A stretch of 64,000 bases of DNA, taken from the NCBI GenBank assembly GCA_036785375.1, contig JAWMAR010000462.1:1488001-1552000 (forward strand), read 5' to 3'. Made by a program: the position numbers and the translations under genes. Origin of the DNA: Leucoraja ocellata. Its lineage: Eukaryota. The notes under the pieces were generated by a model, which saw only the letters and a program-made list of their open reading frames with translations, had not been told where the DNA came from and did no database searches. This document shows positions 23,113-36,951 of the stretch, piece after piece (within the stretch, counting starts at the first letter, position 1; the number at the start of each line of letters is the position of its first letter).

Positions 23113-25407
23113 GGATCTGCCAGATGATGCAACTATTGTGTGTTTACCTGTTTTCTCAATTCCTGGTAACAATCCAGTTGTTTCCTTTTCCCATTTCTTT
23201 AAACATTTATTTGACTGTGGCAAAATATCTGTCACTGAATTGGTAGATCGGTGGTGTATTCCACAACATTGCAAGCACCTATTTGGAAAAAATTGTAGTT
23301 TGTTACAAGAAGACGGCAATTATTTTCTGTTTTTAGCTCTCTCAACAGCTAAGATGTATCTGCTCTCTGCTGTTCTGCCTCATTGCTTTGTAACATGAAA
23401 CGATTGAATACAGGTGTTTAATGTTTTGTTCTGGTAGAAAGGCATCCTATATTTTAATCAAGAACCCATTTAAATTTTATTGTAGAACAGTATTTTTAAC
23501 TAAAATATTTAAAATTAATTAATATTTTTTCCCCCTGGATTTTGTGATTTCAGTGGAAGAGCAGCAGCAAACTGCTCCAATCCAGGCACCAATGTCCCGT
23601 GCACTTTCTCTAGTGCAACCATATTAAGATGATCACTCTTTCCAAATGGTTGGTTACTTCACTTTGCCTGCCCGAGTTTCCAGAAGCAAGCTGTGCCACG
23701 CCATCTTCCTTACTGGGCCAGAAATGCACTGATTTGGGGATAATATATATGATAAAGGGAGAATTCATGAACAGGAAACAGTGTGAATAAAGTGATCACT
23801 TTGGGGTTGAGACCTATGATCAGTGGAGTGTTTCAGGGATTCATCTGAAAGATTTCATGAGATTACACTACTTTAATTCCCATCTTGTTTGAATGAAGAA
23901 TATTTCCCATATTACAATTAGGACTACAGGGTTAGTGGATGTTATCTGGGTTTGAGGGCTCGAGTTTTGGGAGAGTTTGAATAGCTGGGAGGATATTGCC
24001 CATTGTCCCTAGTTCCCAGCAATATTCCTGAAAATCTCCACTCTCAAGCATCCTTCCTGAATTGTGCTAGGCAGAACCATGCACAATGCCTACGGCCTAA
24101 CTATACATTTCCAGCATAACCCCGCTCTTACTTTACAATTTGTTCCTCCTGTAAATTAGGAATGCTTTGTTCATGTCTTGATACTTTTGGGTATCCAGAC
24201 TTAAGTTTTAAAGTATAGGATCGGGTCCTTCAGCCCACTCTATCCTTGCCAAGCACTGATATACAACAGTTCCAAATTTTCCCCCCATTATGGGCATCCA
24301 CTTTAATGCTCCCCATGTCCTCATCACTTGTTGGCACGGAGTCTTGTATTAAATTTCTTGCCTGGCCAGGCGTCCCCAGTTTCATTGTCTTCTCTGGATT
24401 GAATTTGATTTGCTATATTCCTGTGCATCTAGCGAGTATATTATACCTGTTTCCAGTCTGCATCCTTTCTTCTTGTTATTAACCACAAGACTAATTATTA
24501 TTTAAAAACTTCAATGACCTCTCAACCAGGATCTTCTGGAATTGCAAATCAGCGTTGACCATTTTGTATTGTCTCCCCACATAAAAACCTAATATAACAC
24601 TGAGTTCAAGCTATTGATTCAAGCATTCCTGAGTTTCTAGTCAGGTTTAGTCATGCATTTTGTTTGGTCACTTTGCTTGTGGTTGTCATGGGGAAAATAA
24701 TAAAGCTTGGATATTTGCAGGAAGTTAAAATATTTAGCTGACAATATATACCTGGTGCATATAAAATAAGTTATCAACTAAGCCTATTTGCCATTTAAAT
24801 TGAAACTAAATAATAGACGTCTGAATTTAGTTTAGATCCTAACATTAAGTACAAAACTAAAAATATTAATGTTACTTACACTAAATTCTTATGGTGGATG
24901 TTTTTTCTAAATTTGGTATTCAGTATATATCTCTGATCCGAAATGAGTAGCTTCCAAGCTGATTTTAATCATATTGTAAACTCGATCTAATTGTGAGATA
25001 CGTTTCCAGTCACATATGCAAAATTATTACAGTTACAAATGTGTATTAGCCCACCCACCTCTTCCACATCCCTAACTTCTCCATTTTGTCATTGAAGTTC
25101 TGATCCAGGCTTTGTTTTTATCAGATTTAACTATTCCAGTATTTTCTTCTAGTCTCCCACCTGCCCCCTTATCAGTCTGACTCAATTGCATTCATCCCAA
25201 CTTGCACTTTCTCTTTCATTCATTGACCCTGCATTTGTTGACTTGTGATCCAATTTAGCAACGCAAACAGCTTTGTTCATATCTTCTGTACCCGATCTCT
25301 GTAGTATCTCTGCATCACTCAAAATCTCGTATTGTCGAATTCTTATTTGTTTTCTCTCTTTGCATATCCGTGACACCATTTGCCCAGTGCCAGTTGTTTT
25401 CAATGGT

Positions 25408-27300
25408 CTAGGTGCAACATGACCTCCCAACTTCTATACTCTGACTGATGAAGGCCAATGTGCCAAAAGCCGTTTTTACCATCTTATCTACCTGCGACTT
25501 GACCTTCAAGGAGCCATGCACTTGTCCTCCTAGATCCCCCTTCTTTACAACACAACCCAGAGGCCTACCATTTACTTTGGAGGTCCTGCCCTTGTTCGAC
25601 GTCCCAAAATGCAACACCTCACACTTCTCTGTATTAAATTCTATCAACCATTCCTCAGCCCACCTGGCCAATCGATCCAGATTCTGCTGTAATCTTTCAC
25701 AACCATCTTCACAATCTGCAAAACCACCCACTTTTCTATCATCAGCAAACTTGCTAATCTTGCCCTATATGTTCTCATCTAAATCATTGATGTAGATGAC
25801 AAACAGTAATGGGCCCAACACTGAACCCTGAGGCACACCACTAGTCACAGGCCTCTGGTCTGAGAAGCTACCTTCCATCACCGCCCTCTGCTTCCTTCCA
25901 ATTTGCTATCCATTCATCAATCCCTCCTTGGATCCTTTGCGATCTAACCTCGCAGAGCAACCTACCATTCGGAACCTTGTCAAATGCCTTACTGAAATCC
26001 ATGTATACATCATCTACAGCTCTGCCCTCATCGACCTTTTTGGTCACGTCTTCAAAAAACTCAACCAGATGTGAGACATGACCTCCCACATACAAAACCA
26101 TGCTGACTTTCCCAAATCAGCCCTTGCCCGTCCAAATGCCTGTATAACCTATCCCTCAGAATACTCTCTAGTAACTTTCCAACTCCAGATGGTAAGCTCA
26201 CTGGCCTATAGTTCCCAGCATTTTCCCTGCAGCCCTTCTTGAAAAGAGGCATAACATTTGTCACCCTCCAGTCTTCTGGCACCTCTCCTGTATTTTAGGA
26301 CGACTCGTAAATTTCAACCAGGGCTCCCACAATTTCCTCTCTGATTTCCCGCAGTCCTTGGATATATCTGATCAGGCCCTGGAGATTTGTCTACCTTCAT
26401 ACACGATAGTACCTTCAGTATTTCGTCGACGGTAACACTGACTGCTCTCAAGACACTTCCATTGACTGCCCCAAGTTGCTCCGTCTTTACTCTCTTTCTC
26501 CATGGTAAATACAGAGGAGAAATACTAATTGAGTCTATTGCCCATCTCCTGTTGCTCCACACAGAGGTGACCGCTTTGATTCCTGAGGACCCACTCTTTC
26601 TCTAGTCACCCTTTTCTCCTTTATGTATTTATAACAATTTTTGGGATTGTCCTTAATGCTACACGACAGAGTTATCTCCTGGCCCCTTTCTGCACTTCTG
26701 ATCTCCTTTTTCAGTTTACACCTTATGCCCCTGTTAAAGTATTATTCCATTTCAAATTTTTTGTCGAAGGGGGGTCCAGTGGCCGTTTTTTTTGGCGACT
26801 TGCTACGACTATGACAGTCGCCTAAAAATAGCCTTAAGTTGGACAGGCCCATATGTTCCCGAAACTCCTCCAGGGATGCACTTATCCCAGCTGCCTGTAA
26901 CGTGCCCCATGCATCCTTCTTGTTTTTGATCAATGCCTCAATTTCCTGTGTCAGCCAAGCTTCTTTACGTTTGCCTGCTTTGCCCTTCACTCCAACGGGA
27001 ACGTACGTAGTCTGAGCTTTTGTCAGTACAGTTTTAAAAACATCCCACTTCGCTGATGTTCCTTTCGTCTCAAATAACCTGCTCCAGTCAACTTGAGCGA
27101 GACCTTCTCTTATACCCTCAGTTTCCCTTACTCCAATTGAGCATTTTAACCCTCTCTGTCCTTAACCATGACTATCTTAAACCTAATCGAACTGTGGTCA
27201 CTAGTCCCAAAAGGCCCCACCACAAACACTTCATTACCTTGCCCATCCCAATTTCCTAATACTGGATCCAGTGTTGCCCTCTCACGTGTGGGGGGCTCTA
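25408..27300 (-). mobile_element. CR1/HER1 LINE ORF2 (reverse transcriptase) fragment, frameshifted
   Basis: ORF pieces PEDWRVTNVMPLFKKG..NYRPVSL, LVEFFEDVTKKVDEGRAVDDVYMDFSKAFDKVP, LQQNLDRLARWAEEWLIEFNTEKCEVLHFG. Confidence 0.92.
26727..26852. mobile_element. PIF/Harbinger-like MITE remnant nested in the CR1
   Basis: Interrupts CR1 sequence; right end taagttggacaggccc, left end gcccctgt; internal ggcgact/agtcgcc inverted repeat. Confidence 0.45.
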
Positions 27301-28081
27301 TATTGACATGTTTGGGATTGACTGAGGTGAAAGTAAATTTCTTTATGTAGGGAATTATTGAAACATTCATTGATAACTTTTTTTACAGTAAAGCAGTCAC
27401 AAATTTTACGGAATAAGTATTTGAAGCAAGGGAAGACACAAGCTATGGGAAGGACCTAGAACAAAGATAATTGAAAGATAGCTGCGTTACATCCTGTGCT
27501 ATTAACATCTTTTGATCCGTCAACATCAGACAGCTTTGCACAACAGTTGATTTCTGTAGCCTTTCAAAACCTCAAATCATTGGCCTAGATTAATTAGCAT
27601 GTTAAAATATTTACAGTAATTTCTCAAAATTCTTGGTTAATGAATGTGTTCAATGGAATGTGGACTTAAATTACAATATTTTGGCCGACTGGGTTTAACA
27701 TTGTCAACAAATGTCTCAGCAAGGGTTGCTCAGTCGGATCTTTCCGATTTATTATAATGAAGTTCTTTGTAAATTACAGGATATGTTTCAATGGATCATG
27801 AACCTGAGTGCCAGCATCAAACTAAGAAACAGATTTATACCTATGAGTTAGTCACTTTACACATGTAGATTTAACTGCAGATTTTCATGACAACATCTCG
27901 AAGAGCTTCAATCACTTTTATTGCACGTTGCTTAAAATTGTTGTATCCTAAGATGATGAAAAACAAACTCTGATCCTCCTACACAATTCCACGGAGAATA
28001 ATTTGAATGTCCTATCTGCTGTTGTCATATATTTTACATTGTTGCAGTTTTTATTGTGTAGCTTATTTCAATTTCTTTTAG

Positions 28082-28258
28082 CACAAGAGAAAGTTGCACA
28101 GTTAACAAACCACATGACGGTGGAAAATCGTTCTTGTGTGCTTGTCCGTCGTGATCTGGTTGCTCTTCCTGCCAGCCTCATCAGTCAGATTGGTTACAGA
28201 TGTCACCCCAAGCTGTACTCTGAGGGTGACCCTGGTGAGAAACTAGAACTTGTCTCTG
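28082..28258 (+). CDS. NACC2: NACC2 coding exon 2
   Basis: Acceptor tttcttttag|, encodes (A)[58 protein letters not shown], donor G|gtaagc; phases 1/1 consistent. Confidence 0.95.
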
Positions 28259-30959
28259 GTAAGCATAATTTAAAACCTTGATTCTTCACTTGTGAAGAAG
28301 ATATAACGTTCAGTGCATTGTTGAAAAAGTAAGCTGTCATTAGACCAGGCCTCCTGATTAAGTTTGGGGAGAGCTTTTTATGCCACAGGCTTTTCAGTAA
28401 TAATTTGAGCTTTATGTTGTTTGAATCCTGTGATTTTTTTTTTTCTGTTTTGCTTTTACTCTCTGCTTGCCACGCATGGAACTTCTGTGGTACCCGAATG
28501 AGGAGAGCCAATAAATTGAAGATCTGAGTGGTGTTTGCAATGTAGTCAAAAGAAGTCTAAGCTGATCCGAAATGTATACTGCAATTTTTACCTTCCTGTC
28601 CCCCACCCCTCCTCCAATGTGAATCCTTCATTTGTACTCTAATGAAGAATGAAATATGTCAATATTGTTCCACTTGAATCCACGCAAACATCCTCAATGA
28701 CAATGTTGATCGCTTCACTCTACAATATTTTTTCATTGGCAACCATGCGGTCTGGTGCTTGGGCCCCAAGCTTTCGAGCTCCTTTCCAAATTCTCTACAC
28801 TTCTTCCGGTGCAATGGAATTAGAAGCTTGTATCACTCTCTTGCCGTGCATGTGTTGATGCTGTTTACTGATAAACACTTTTGATTATTTTATGGACAAA
28901 ATTGTAATGAGTACTCCAATTTAAGGAAATTTCCACCAACAAATTGAACATTGGAAAGATAAATAATTTATGGAGAAATATGGATCATGTATAGGGAGAG
29001 AAGTTTGACTGAGCATCATGTACAGCACAGACATTGTGTGCCGAAGGGCCTGTTCCCCTACTGTACTGTTTTATGTTCTAATGCCTACTTGATTTTAGAC
29101 AATCTCAGTGCACTTAGACATTTCAATCTGTAGAGTGCTGCATAAAAATAGGGCTTTTTAATATACTTTTTACATTTTATGCAGTAGCTGGATTTTATTG
29201 TAAAATGACAGCTAGCTAGCACTTAAGGTCAGCAGCTTGAGTACAACATAAATCATCATGCATTTTAGCTAGTTCAAAGGTGTAAGAGCTCAAATATAAT
29301 GATTTAAAAACTGTTAAATGTTTAATGCCAGTGAGAACTATCACGCTTTACTGGTGATATAGTGGAAGTTATCTATTAAATGTAACACTCTTCAGTTGAG
29401 AAGAGGTTTTATTTTCTCATAGAAGTAAACTCGTGAGCACCATGCATTCAGCTGCAGACCAACCATCTTTCCACTCCTCTTACCTATTTTCTTTGCATGA
29501 ATGCTGCATGGTAAAGTTTCTTGCCATAAAAGGGGCTCTACATTTTAGTTGTCTTTTGGCTTCCTCTACCAAAATGAAATGTATGACTTGGTGGTTATGA
29601 AAGTTGTTAGGCAAGCCAGCAGTCTCATAAAGGAAAACCACAATATTTCCATGCAAGACCACAAGATCAATGAGAAAAAAGTGCGTCTAAGGCACATAAG
29701 TTGAGGGACATTTCTTGAAATTTTGTATATTTATCAAAAATTTGCAATGAGCTGAGATTATTATTTAAATTACCATTTTGTGTAATCTTGTTTACACTTT
29801 TAAAGTGAGTGTTAAGCCTATTAACATCCTTTTGAATAGCAAATCTAATCATAGTGATCTATTTTACATTTATACATAAATATCAAATATGATTCACTCC
29901 TTGATGGATCACCATTGCCATCGAAAAGGCTCATTGAATGGAATGTGCTCTACTTGTTTTGATGGGTGAAGTCGATGTCCTTTGATCTGAAAATTCCACT
30001 TAATCAGCAGCTAATTTGCCTTGAGCATCCATTTTTTCCACCTCATCTTGCAATGCCCGCTGAATGTAAAGTACAGGCTTCTCTGACTTACAAAACCCTA
30101 ATCTCCAAAAGGGTAAGAGGTTTTGGGGGCATAGGAACACAAACTTCCAAGTTGCACACTATCATGTCTTCAACAGCTTGACATTTTTTGACATTGATTC
30201 AAAATCTTCACTATTTCTAACAGTGTTTTGGGAGTACCTTCAAAGAGCACTGTTATTAATTAAGCTGTGGTGTGCAGGGAATGTTCTTGAGGGTTTTCAG
30301 TAAAAGGTGTTGGGTCCTGTTGACTGCTTTATGATATTAGACTGTTGGTCATTTGGTGCAATGCTTCACCAGAGCAAACACCAAAATCATTTCTCCCTTA
30401 CTGTCTGATCCAACTTGCTCACTGGTCTTAAGATGGCAGCTTTGAGAAAAGGCCATCATCTATCTATTTCTGGAATGTGTTTACACATTCAAGTTAAGGA
30501 GAGATGCACAATGGACTTTGTCAAGATTCATCTTGTGCAGTAGCATAACACTGGACTCTTGTGTTCTGTGGAATTTTCAATGTGAATTTCCATCCGAACT
30601 AGAACTGTGCACACTCAACTGAGTATTCACATGGAATATAATGAGAACACTGATTCATTGCTGCCCAATGGGCTATTGATAACATTGGGAATGTATAAAT
30701 GCTGTACTGGCATATTTACACCTCATGCTTTCCACAGGTGGAATAAAAATATAATTGGTTAAATGTTGGATGTGCTCATTGTGACACCATAAGTGTCTAA
30801 GTCATGTTTAACCCACAGTTGTTCATGATGGAAGAAATATCACTTTTCTTTGGCAACCCCATGTATATAAGGAAATTGAATTCAAGCTAGCTGTGCACAT
30901 TATTCAGACTTTTTAAAGGTTACAGTGCCTGATTAACTGTTATGATGCTTCTGATATTA

Positions 30960-31591
30960 TAGACAATAGGTGCAGGAGTAGGCCATTCAATATGATCATG
31001 GCTGATCATCCCCAATCAGTACCCCGTTCCTGCCTTCTCCCCATATCCCATGACTCCGCTATCTTTAAGAGCCCTATCTAGTTCTCTCTTGAAAGTATCC
31101 AGGGAACCGACCTCCACTGCCCTCTGAGGCAGAGAATTCTACAACCTCACAACTCTCTGTGAGAAATAGTGTTTCCTCGTCTCCGTTCTAAATGGCTTAC
31201 TCCTTATTCTGTGGCCCCTGGTTCTGGACTCCCCCAACATCGGGAGCATGTTTCCTGCCTCTGGTGTGTCCAAACCCTTAACAATCTTACGTTTCAATAA
31301 GAAACCCTCTCATCCTTCTAAACTCCAGAGTGTACAAGCCCAGCCCCTCCATTCTCTCAGCATATGACAGTCCTGCCATCCCGGGTATTAACCTTGTAAA
31401 CCTACGCTGCACTCCCTCAATGGCAAGAATATGCAGTTTGATAGAGCTTTTAAAGATAGCGGAGTCAGGGGATATGATGAGAAGGCAGGAACGGGGTACT
31501 GATTGTGGATGATCAGCAATGATCACATTAAATGGCGGTATTGGTTCGAAGGGCTAAATGGCCTACTCCTGCACCTATTGTCTATTGTCTA
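30960..31591. mobile_element. CR1 3' end (minus, about 30960-31428) joined to an inverted copy of its own 3' tail (plus, about 31440-31591)
   Basis: ORF2 C-terminus AIEGVQRRFTRLIPGMAGLSY; ctattgtcta tails facing outward on both sides. Confidence 0.85.
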
Positions 31592-32899
31592 CTCTAATTG
31601 CAAAATGCAAAAAAAAAGCAGATGCTGATTAGATTAGTGATCAGGACCTTGCCCATGATGAAAGAGTTTTGGGTGGGTGGAGGATGGGCCATATGTTGCT
31701 GGTCCGCAGAAGAGTGTTTCATTATGCCATGTCCCTACCGCAGGAGTTCAATGCTCTTGTGTGACAAATCCATTCGTATTGCGGGAAGCATCCTGCTAAT
31801 ATTCTGTATCTCTTTGCTCTGGTGAACCACGTGGATCTTGTAACATCTTTGTTTTCATTTACAGCAGCAGTCTGTTTGTGAATGACATCTTGCTGCACAG
31901 TGTAGATTGTGGTTTACTCATGACAGGTTGATACCTTGTGGCATATTGCCGTTCCTTCGGAGCTTTAAACCATGGTTGTAGCCAGATGTTTAGCTGGGTT
32001 AGTGCGAGACTGTGCAGAAACAAATGTGGCATCTGAGCCAGTAAGTGTTGAGTAATGGGAATAACCCGAATCCCCGACACAATACACATCGCATCCAGGA
32101 GGCATTGGTGTCCTTGCTGTGCACAACCATTTGCCAAAGTTTGGACATCTTCCAAACATGCCTTCTTTTTGTGAGGCAAGCCGTAAGTGAACTATCTTGT
32201 GCATTCCCATTTGTCTTTTTGACAGCATTCCAATTGTGGTACCCATCTGAGTACACTTGGGCAGTACATATATTTACAACCCCCCCTCCACCCCAGATTC
32301 CTTGTGCATGCTGCCATGGTTGAAGGCTATTTCCTCATTGTATATCAGTGCTCCTGGTGCTCTTATCCCAGTCACTTTTTGACTGGTTCTTCTATCAGTA
32401 GCACTGTGGGTTTCGTGCTCTCCCCACACCCTGTTTACAATGCACAGGAAGTCTCCTAGCTTCTGCCTCTGGTGTCAGGATTTAGATTCGCGTTCAGTGA
32501 ATCTATTGCCCTCCATTTTCCCTGCCATCTCTAGCTATTTAAATTGGTGGTCATTTTATATTGTTGCTGATGTTTGGTAGCCATGGGAACTGTTCTTTTT
32601 ATAGGCTAATGGCCTTTTGGCATTGGTATACAGCAAAGGGTCAGGTAGCAATAAGCGGAGGCCTTTCAGGAATTAAGCAGGTCTCATCGTGGTATATGTT
32701 TCCGGGCATAGACCATGCTGCTGGTGTTTCAAACAATTCCTTGGTGAATTAGATTTTTCTGTGCAGGGTACTGGAATGGATATTATCTCTGGATACAATT
32801 GCAGTGTAGCATACCAGAAAAGTTGCAATACTAGCAACTTTGGCAAGCAAGAGTTTTAAACCATGGTGTATCAGCAATGGTTTGTTTACTTAAAATAAA

Positions 32900-33153
32900 T
32901 TAGTTTAGTGATGCAGCGTGGAAACAGGCCCTTCGGCCCATCGAGTCCGCACCAACCAGTGATCCTTGCACACTAACGCTATCATACACACACATTGGGA
33001 ACAATTTACACTTGTACCAAGCCAATTAACCCACAAACCTGTACGTCTTTGGAGTGTGGTAGGAAACTGAAGATCATGGAGAAAAGAACCCGATTCTCTG
33101 GTGCTACTGGCGTTATAAGGCAGCAACTCTACCACTGTGCCACCGTGCAGCCC
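32900..33153 (-). mobile_element. HE1-like SINE, internally deleted
   Basis: Head gcacggtggcacagtggtagagttgctgcc and tail gggccgaagggcctgtttcc. Confidence 0.8.
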
Positions 33154-33658
33154 TATTCATTTGGGTAAAATTAGTTCTTTAGGTTTGACATAGCTGTTGA
33201 AGAAAAGACTAATTGCAAACAGAATATTTAAACTCAAATAAGCAGATGTCATGAACATGTGCTTGCGCACTGCACACATCAGCAACTTTAGCAGCACTTG
33301 CAGATGAGGCTTCCTGAAAAAAGATAAGAATTGTGATTTTAATAATGGTTTTGTTCTCTAAAAATCTTTTCCAATCTGTTCTGGTACCTTAATTTCATAT
33401 TTATTTAAATGCTTCCCTCTTGTAGTTATGCGGACTGTGGCATGTTATCTTTCTCTGGTTGTAGATTACAGGGTATTTAAATACGAGTACCCCAGCCCTT
33501 GATAAAGAAAGGAGCTTTTGTTCACTTGAAGTAATTACTTCTCCTACGGAATTCTCAAGAGCCTTGCAATTGAATAGAATATTGTCTCTATCACTTATTT
33601 CTGGAACCATTCAAGAACAATGCAGGAGACTTAGTTTAATGTGTTTGTCCATTGGCAG

Positions 33659-33764
33659 GTTCTGCAGTTTATATCACCCGGGGTCAAGTGATGAACTGTC
33701 ACCTCTGCGCTGGGGTCAAACACAAGGTGCTCCTTCGCCGCCTGCTTGCCTCATTCTTTGATCG
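33659..33764 (+). CDS. NACC2: NACC2 coding exon 3 (BEN domain start)
   Basis: Not in the ORF track in this frame; manual translation (G)[34 protein letters not shown](R); acceptor ttggcag|, donor CG|gtgagt. Confidence 0.95.
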
Positions 33765-33925
33765 GTGAGTAACAGAATCACAACCATGCCATGTACCTTA
33801 AATTTGCCACCAATTTAAACCATATTACATGGTGATTTGCTATAAATATCTTTTTTTTTTGTTTTCTTAGCCAACAAACTCTTAGTTCCGGTAAGGTTAA
33901 TGAGATGGTTTTCATTATTTTTCAG

Positions 33926-34023
33926 CAACACATTGGCAAATAGCTGTGGCACTGGGATCCGTTCCTCCACCAGTGACCCTAGTAGAAAGCCTTTGGATAG
34001 CAGGGTCTTGAATGCAGTAAAAC
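33926..34023 (+). CDS. NACC2: NACC2 coding exon 4 (BEN domain)
   Basis: Acceptor tttttcag|, encodes [32 protein letters not shown], donor C|gtgagt; follows a 161-bp intron. Confidence 0.95.
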
Positions 34024-34229
34024 GTGAGTTGTAATCGGTTAATTCATTCTTGCCATGAACATGGGGGGGTGGTGGTTAAAACCTGGGAGAGGCATATACA
34101 TTATCTTTCAAAATATTTGATGTCTGGGAAATGAAGAATCTGATGATGGCTCTGAGAATAATCTGAATGGAGCTGTGTATTGCATGCTCATCAATTGAAG
34201 TTATCAACAATAGGATTTAAAGTATTAGA

Positions 34230-34795
34230 GTTATGCTGCAAGCAAACAGGGCCTTCGGCTGAACCTGCTTATGACAACCAAGTTGCCCCGTTTACCCATA
34301 TCCTACCTACCTGCATTTGGTTCATATCCCACTAAACCTTTCCAATCCTGTATCAGTCCAATTGTCTTTTAAATGTTCTTATTGCACCTGCCTCCACTAC
34401 GTCCTCTGGCATCTCATTCCATTTACCCACCATCCTCTGAGTGAAAAAGTTGTCCCTCTGGTTCCTATTAAATCTTTCCCCTCTCACCTTAAATCTATAT
34501 TCTCTGGTTCTTGATTCCACTTCTCGGGATAAATGTGCTTTCATCTAATCTATTCCCCTCGTGAGTTTACACACCACTATAAGATTACTCCTCGGCCTAC
34601 TGCGCACAAAAGAATATAGTCGTAGCCTATCAATAGCTCAGACCCTCCAGTCCTGGCAACATCCTTGTATATCTTCTCTGCATTCTTTCTAATTGAACAA
34701 CATCCTTCCAATAGCAGGTGACCAAAACTGAACACAAGTGTGGCCTCACCAATGTCTTGTGCAACTGTAACATAACATCCCAACTTCTATACATT
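34230..34795 (-). mobile_element. CR1 3' fragment
   Basis: ORF piece FKVRGERFNRNQRDNFFTQRMVGKWNEMPEDVVEAG. Confidence 0.85.
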
Positions 34796-34964
34796 AAAGA
34801 ATTCAATTAGTTCTCAAACATTTTTGTGAGAGCTCCAATGTGTATGATTAACTTGTAATGAACGTGCATCATTGCTGAATAGTGCATGCGTGGGACATTT
34901 TTTAAATTTAGTACAATTTAGTACAGAAACCTATTCTGGCTGTGTATCACCATATCCAAAGCCA

Positions 34965-35550
34965 GGTGGAAGCAAGAGATGTAATGCTGAGGCTAGCTTA
35001 GGCGCTGCCAGGCCGCATTTGGAGCACTGTGAGCGTATTTGGGCCCAATCTCTGCATGAGGAAGGATGTGTTGGCTCTGGAGAGAGACCAGAGGAGGTTT
35101 ACAAGAATGATTCCAGGAGTGAATGGGTTAACATATGATGAGCGCATGACAGCACTGGGCCTCTACTTGCTGGAGTTTAGAAGGTTGAGGGGCGACCTCA
35201 TTGAAATTTACAGAATAATGAAAGGCACAGAGTGGATGTGGAAAGGATGTTTCCAATGGTGGAAGAATCTCGGACCAGAGGTCATAGCCTCTGAATTAAA
35301 GGGTGCTCTTTTAGAAAGGAGGTGAGGAGGAACTTCTTAGTCAGAAGGTAGTTAATCTGTGGAACTCGTTGCCACAGAGGATATTTTCAGTGTATATTGT
35401 TAAGGTAGGGATAGACAATTTCTTTATTAGAACAGTGTCAAGGGTTATGGGCAGAAGGCAGGAAATTTGAATTGGGAGGCAGAGATCAGCCATGATTGAA
35501 TGGCTGTGTAGACTCGATGGGCCGAATGGCCTAGTTCTACTCTTATGACG
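34965..35550 (+). mobile_element. CR1 3' fragment
   Basis: RKDVLALERDQRRFTRMIPGVNGLTYDERMTALGLYLLEFRRLRGDLIEIYRIMKG followed by tail gatgggccgaatggcct. Confidence 0.88.
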
Positions 35551-36457
35551 TGAACTTGTGAATGAAAGTATTAGATTGACCAAAGGGAAGAAACCAGATT
35601 TGTTTTAAATAAACTAGAACTTTGAGTGCAAAAGGGGAATAGTCCCTGTCATGTCCAGCCTTCAATTAGAAAGCTCTCTGTCTTCAACGTCTCAATGTCT
35701 AATGTTTGAATCCTTGATTTTCGTCTCTACTAGTTGTTAGGGCTGGTGCCCATGGTGTGTTATTGTTTTGCATGGAGATTCAGTGCAGATATAGGGACTG
35801 TCACCTCATTATAAATTTATCAAAATATATATTGTAACCCAACAGTGTATTGGAGAACCCAGATTTTCATAAAGTGATTTTGAGAATCTCAGCTTGTTTG
35901 TACAGCTAAGAAATGGAACTGAAGAGTTTGAAGCTGAGGGGAAACTGGAGAATACCCCTTCAGTGTGATGTTGTCTACAAATGGAGATATGATTTTAACA
36001 AATGCCTTTAACCTTGATTGACATTTGATTTTAATCTAGCCAGGTTCACTTCACAGAATAAATTTACAAATTTAGTTCACCTGTTTGAATGAAATGGCTG
36101 TGGAATGACTTAGTCGAACAATACCATTGTGTAGTTTGGGAATACAGATGCAGTCTTATGATCCCGATATAGATTTTCATGTATTGGAAGACTATCTTGT
36201 GACTCAATAGAGCTCATTATCAACCATTAAGTGCTCATTTTTCTGAGGTACTGTAGTATGGGTTCAGAGCTTTCAAACAAGGAAATTCTGCATTTTAAAT
36301 AATTTTACGCTTCCAAAATGTTAAATTTCTTCCTGTATTGTTATTTTTGAATCATAAAAGCTTTAGAATTTAGAACCTGCTTATTCCCTGCTCGACACAC
36401 TCTTTTAGTGGGTAATATTTTACACATTGATTACCTTTTCTCCTCCTGTTTTGACAG

Positions 36458-36951
36458 TATATTGCCAGAACTTTGCTCCCAATTTCAAAGAGAGCGAGAT
36501 GAATGTGATTGCTGCTGACATGTGCACTAATGCTCGACGGGTTCGCAAGCGCTGGCTGCCCAAGATTAAATCGATGCTGCCTGACGGGGTGGAGGTGTAC
36601 CGCACTGTGATCGGAGATGCAGGTGGCGGAGACAGTTTGGACCCTGGGCTGTATGGAACTGGGTTGGCATTTGAGCAAAATGGTCAAGCTGAGAAGCGTA
36701 GCGATCCTGGGACTGTACTCGGAGAAAGAACAAACCCTGCAAGCATAGACGTGGAGTCCCCCAGCTCCAACCAGTCGTGTGAACAGAATGAAATGGTAGA
36801 GTCGGTAATAAGAGAAGCGGCTGGCACTAATAATTTGGCTCCCGACACGCCCAACACGGGCGCCACTTTTGATCAAGATGAAGCTTCCTCCAATAATAGA
36901 TCTGAAACAGCCATGCGGAAACTGGATGGAACATATGCAGGGACCTTGTGA
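36458..36951 (+). CDS. NACC2: NACC2 coding exon 5 (BEN domain end, C-terminal tail, stop)
   Basis: Acceptor ttttgacag|, encodes (L)[50 protein letters not shown]...GTYAGTL*; the five exons sum to 1710 nt in frame. Confidence 0.96.
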
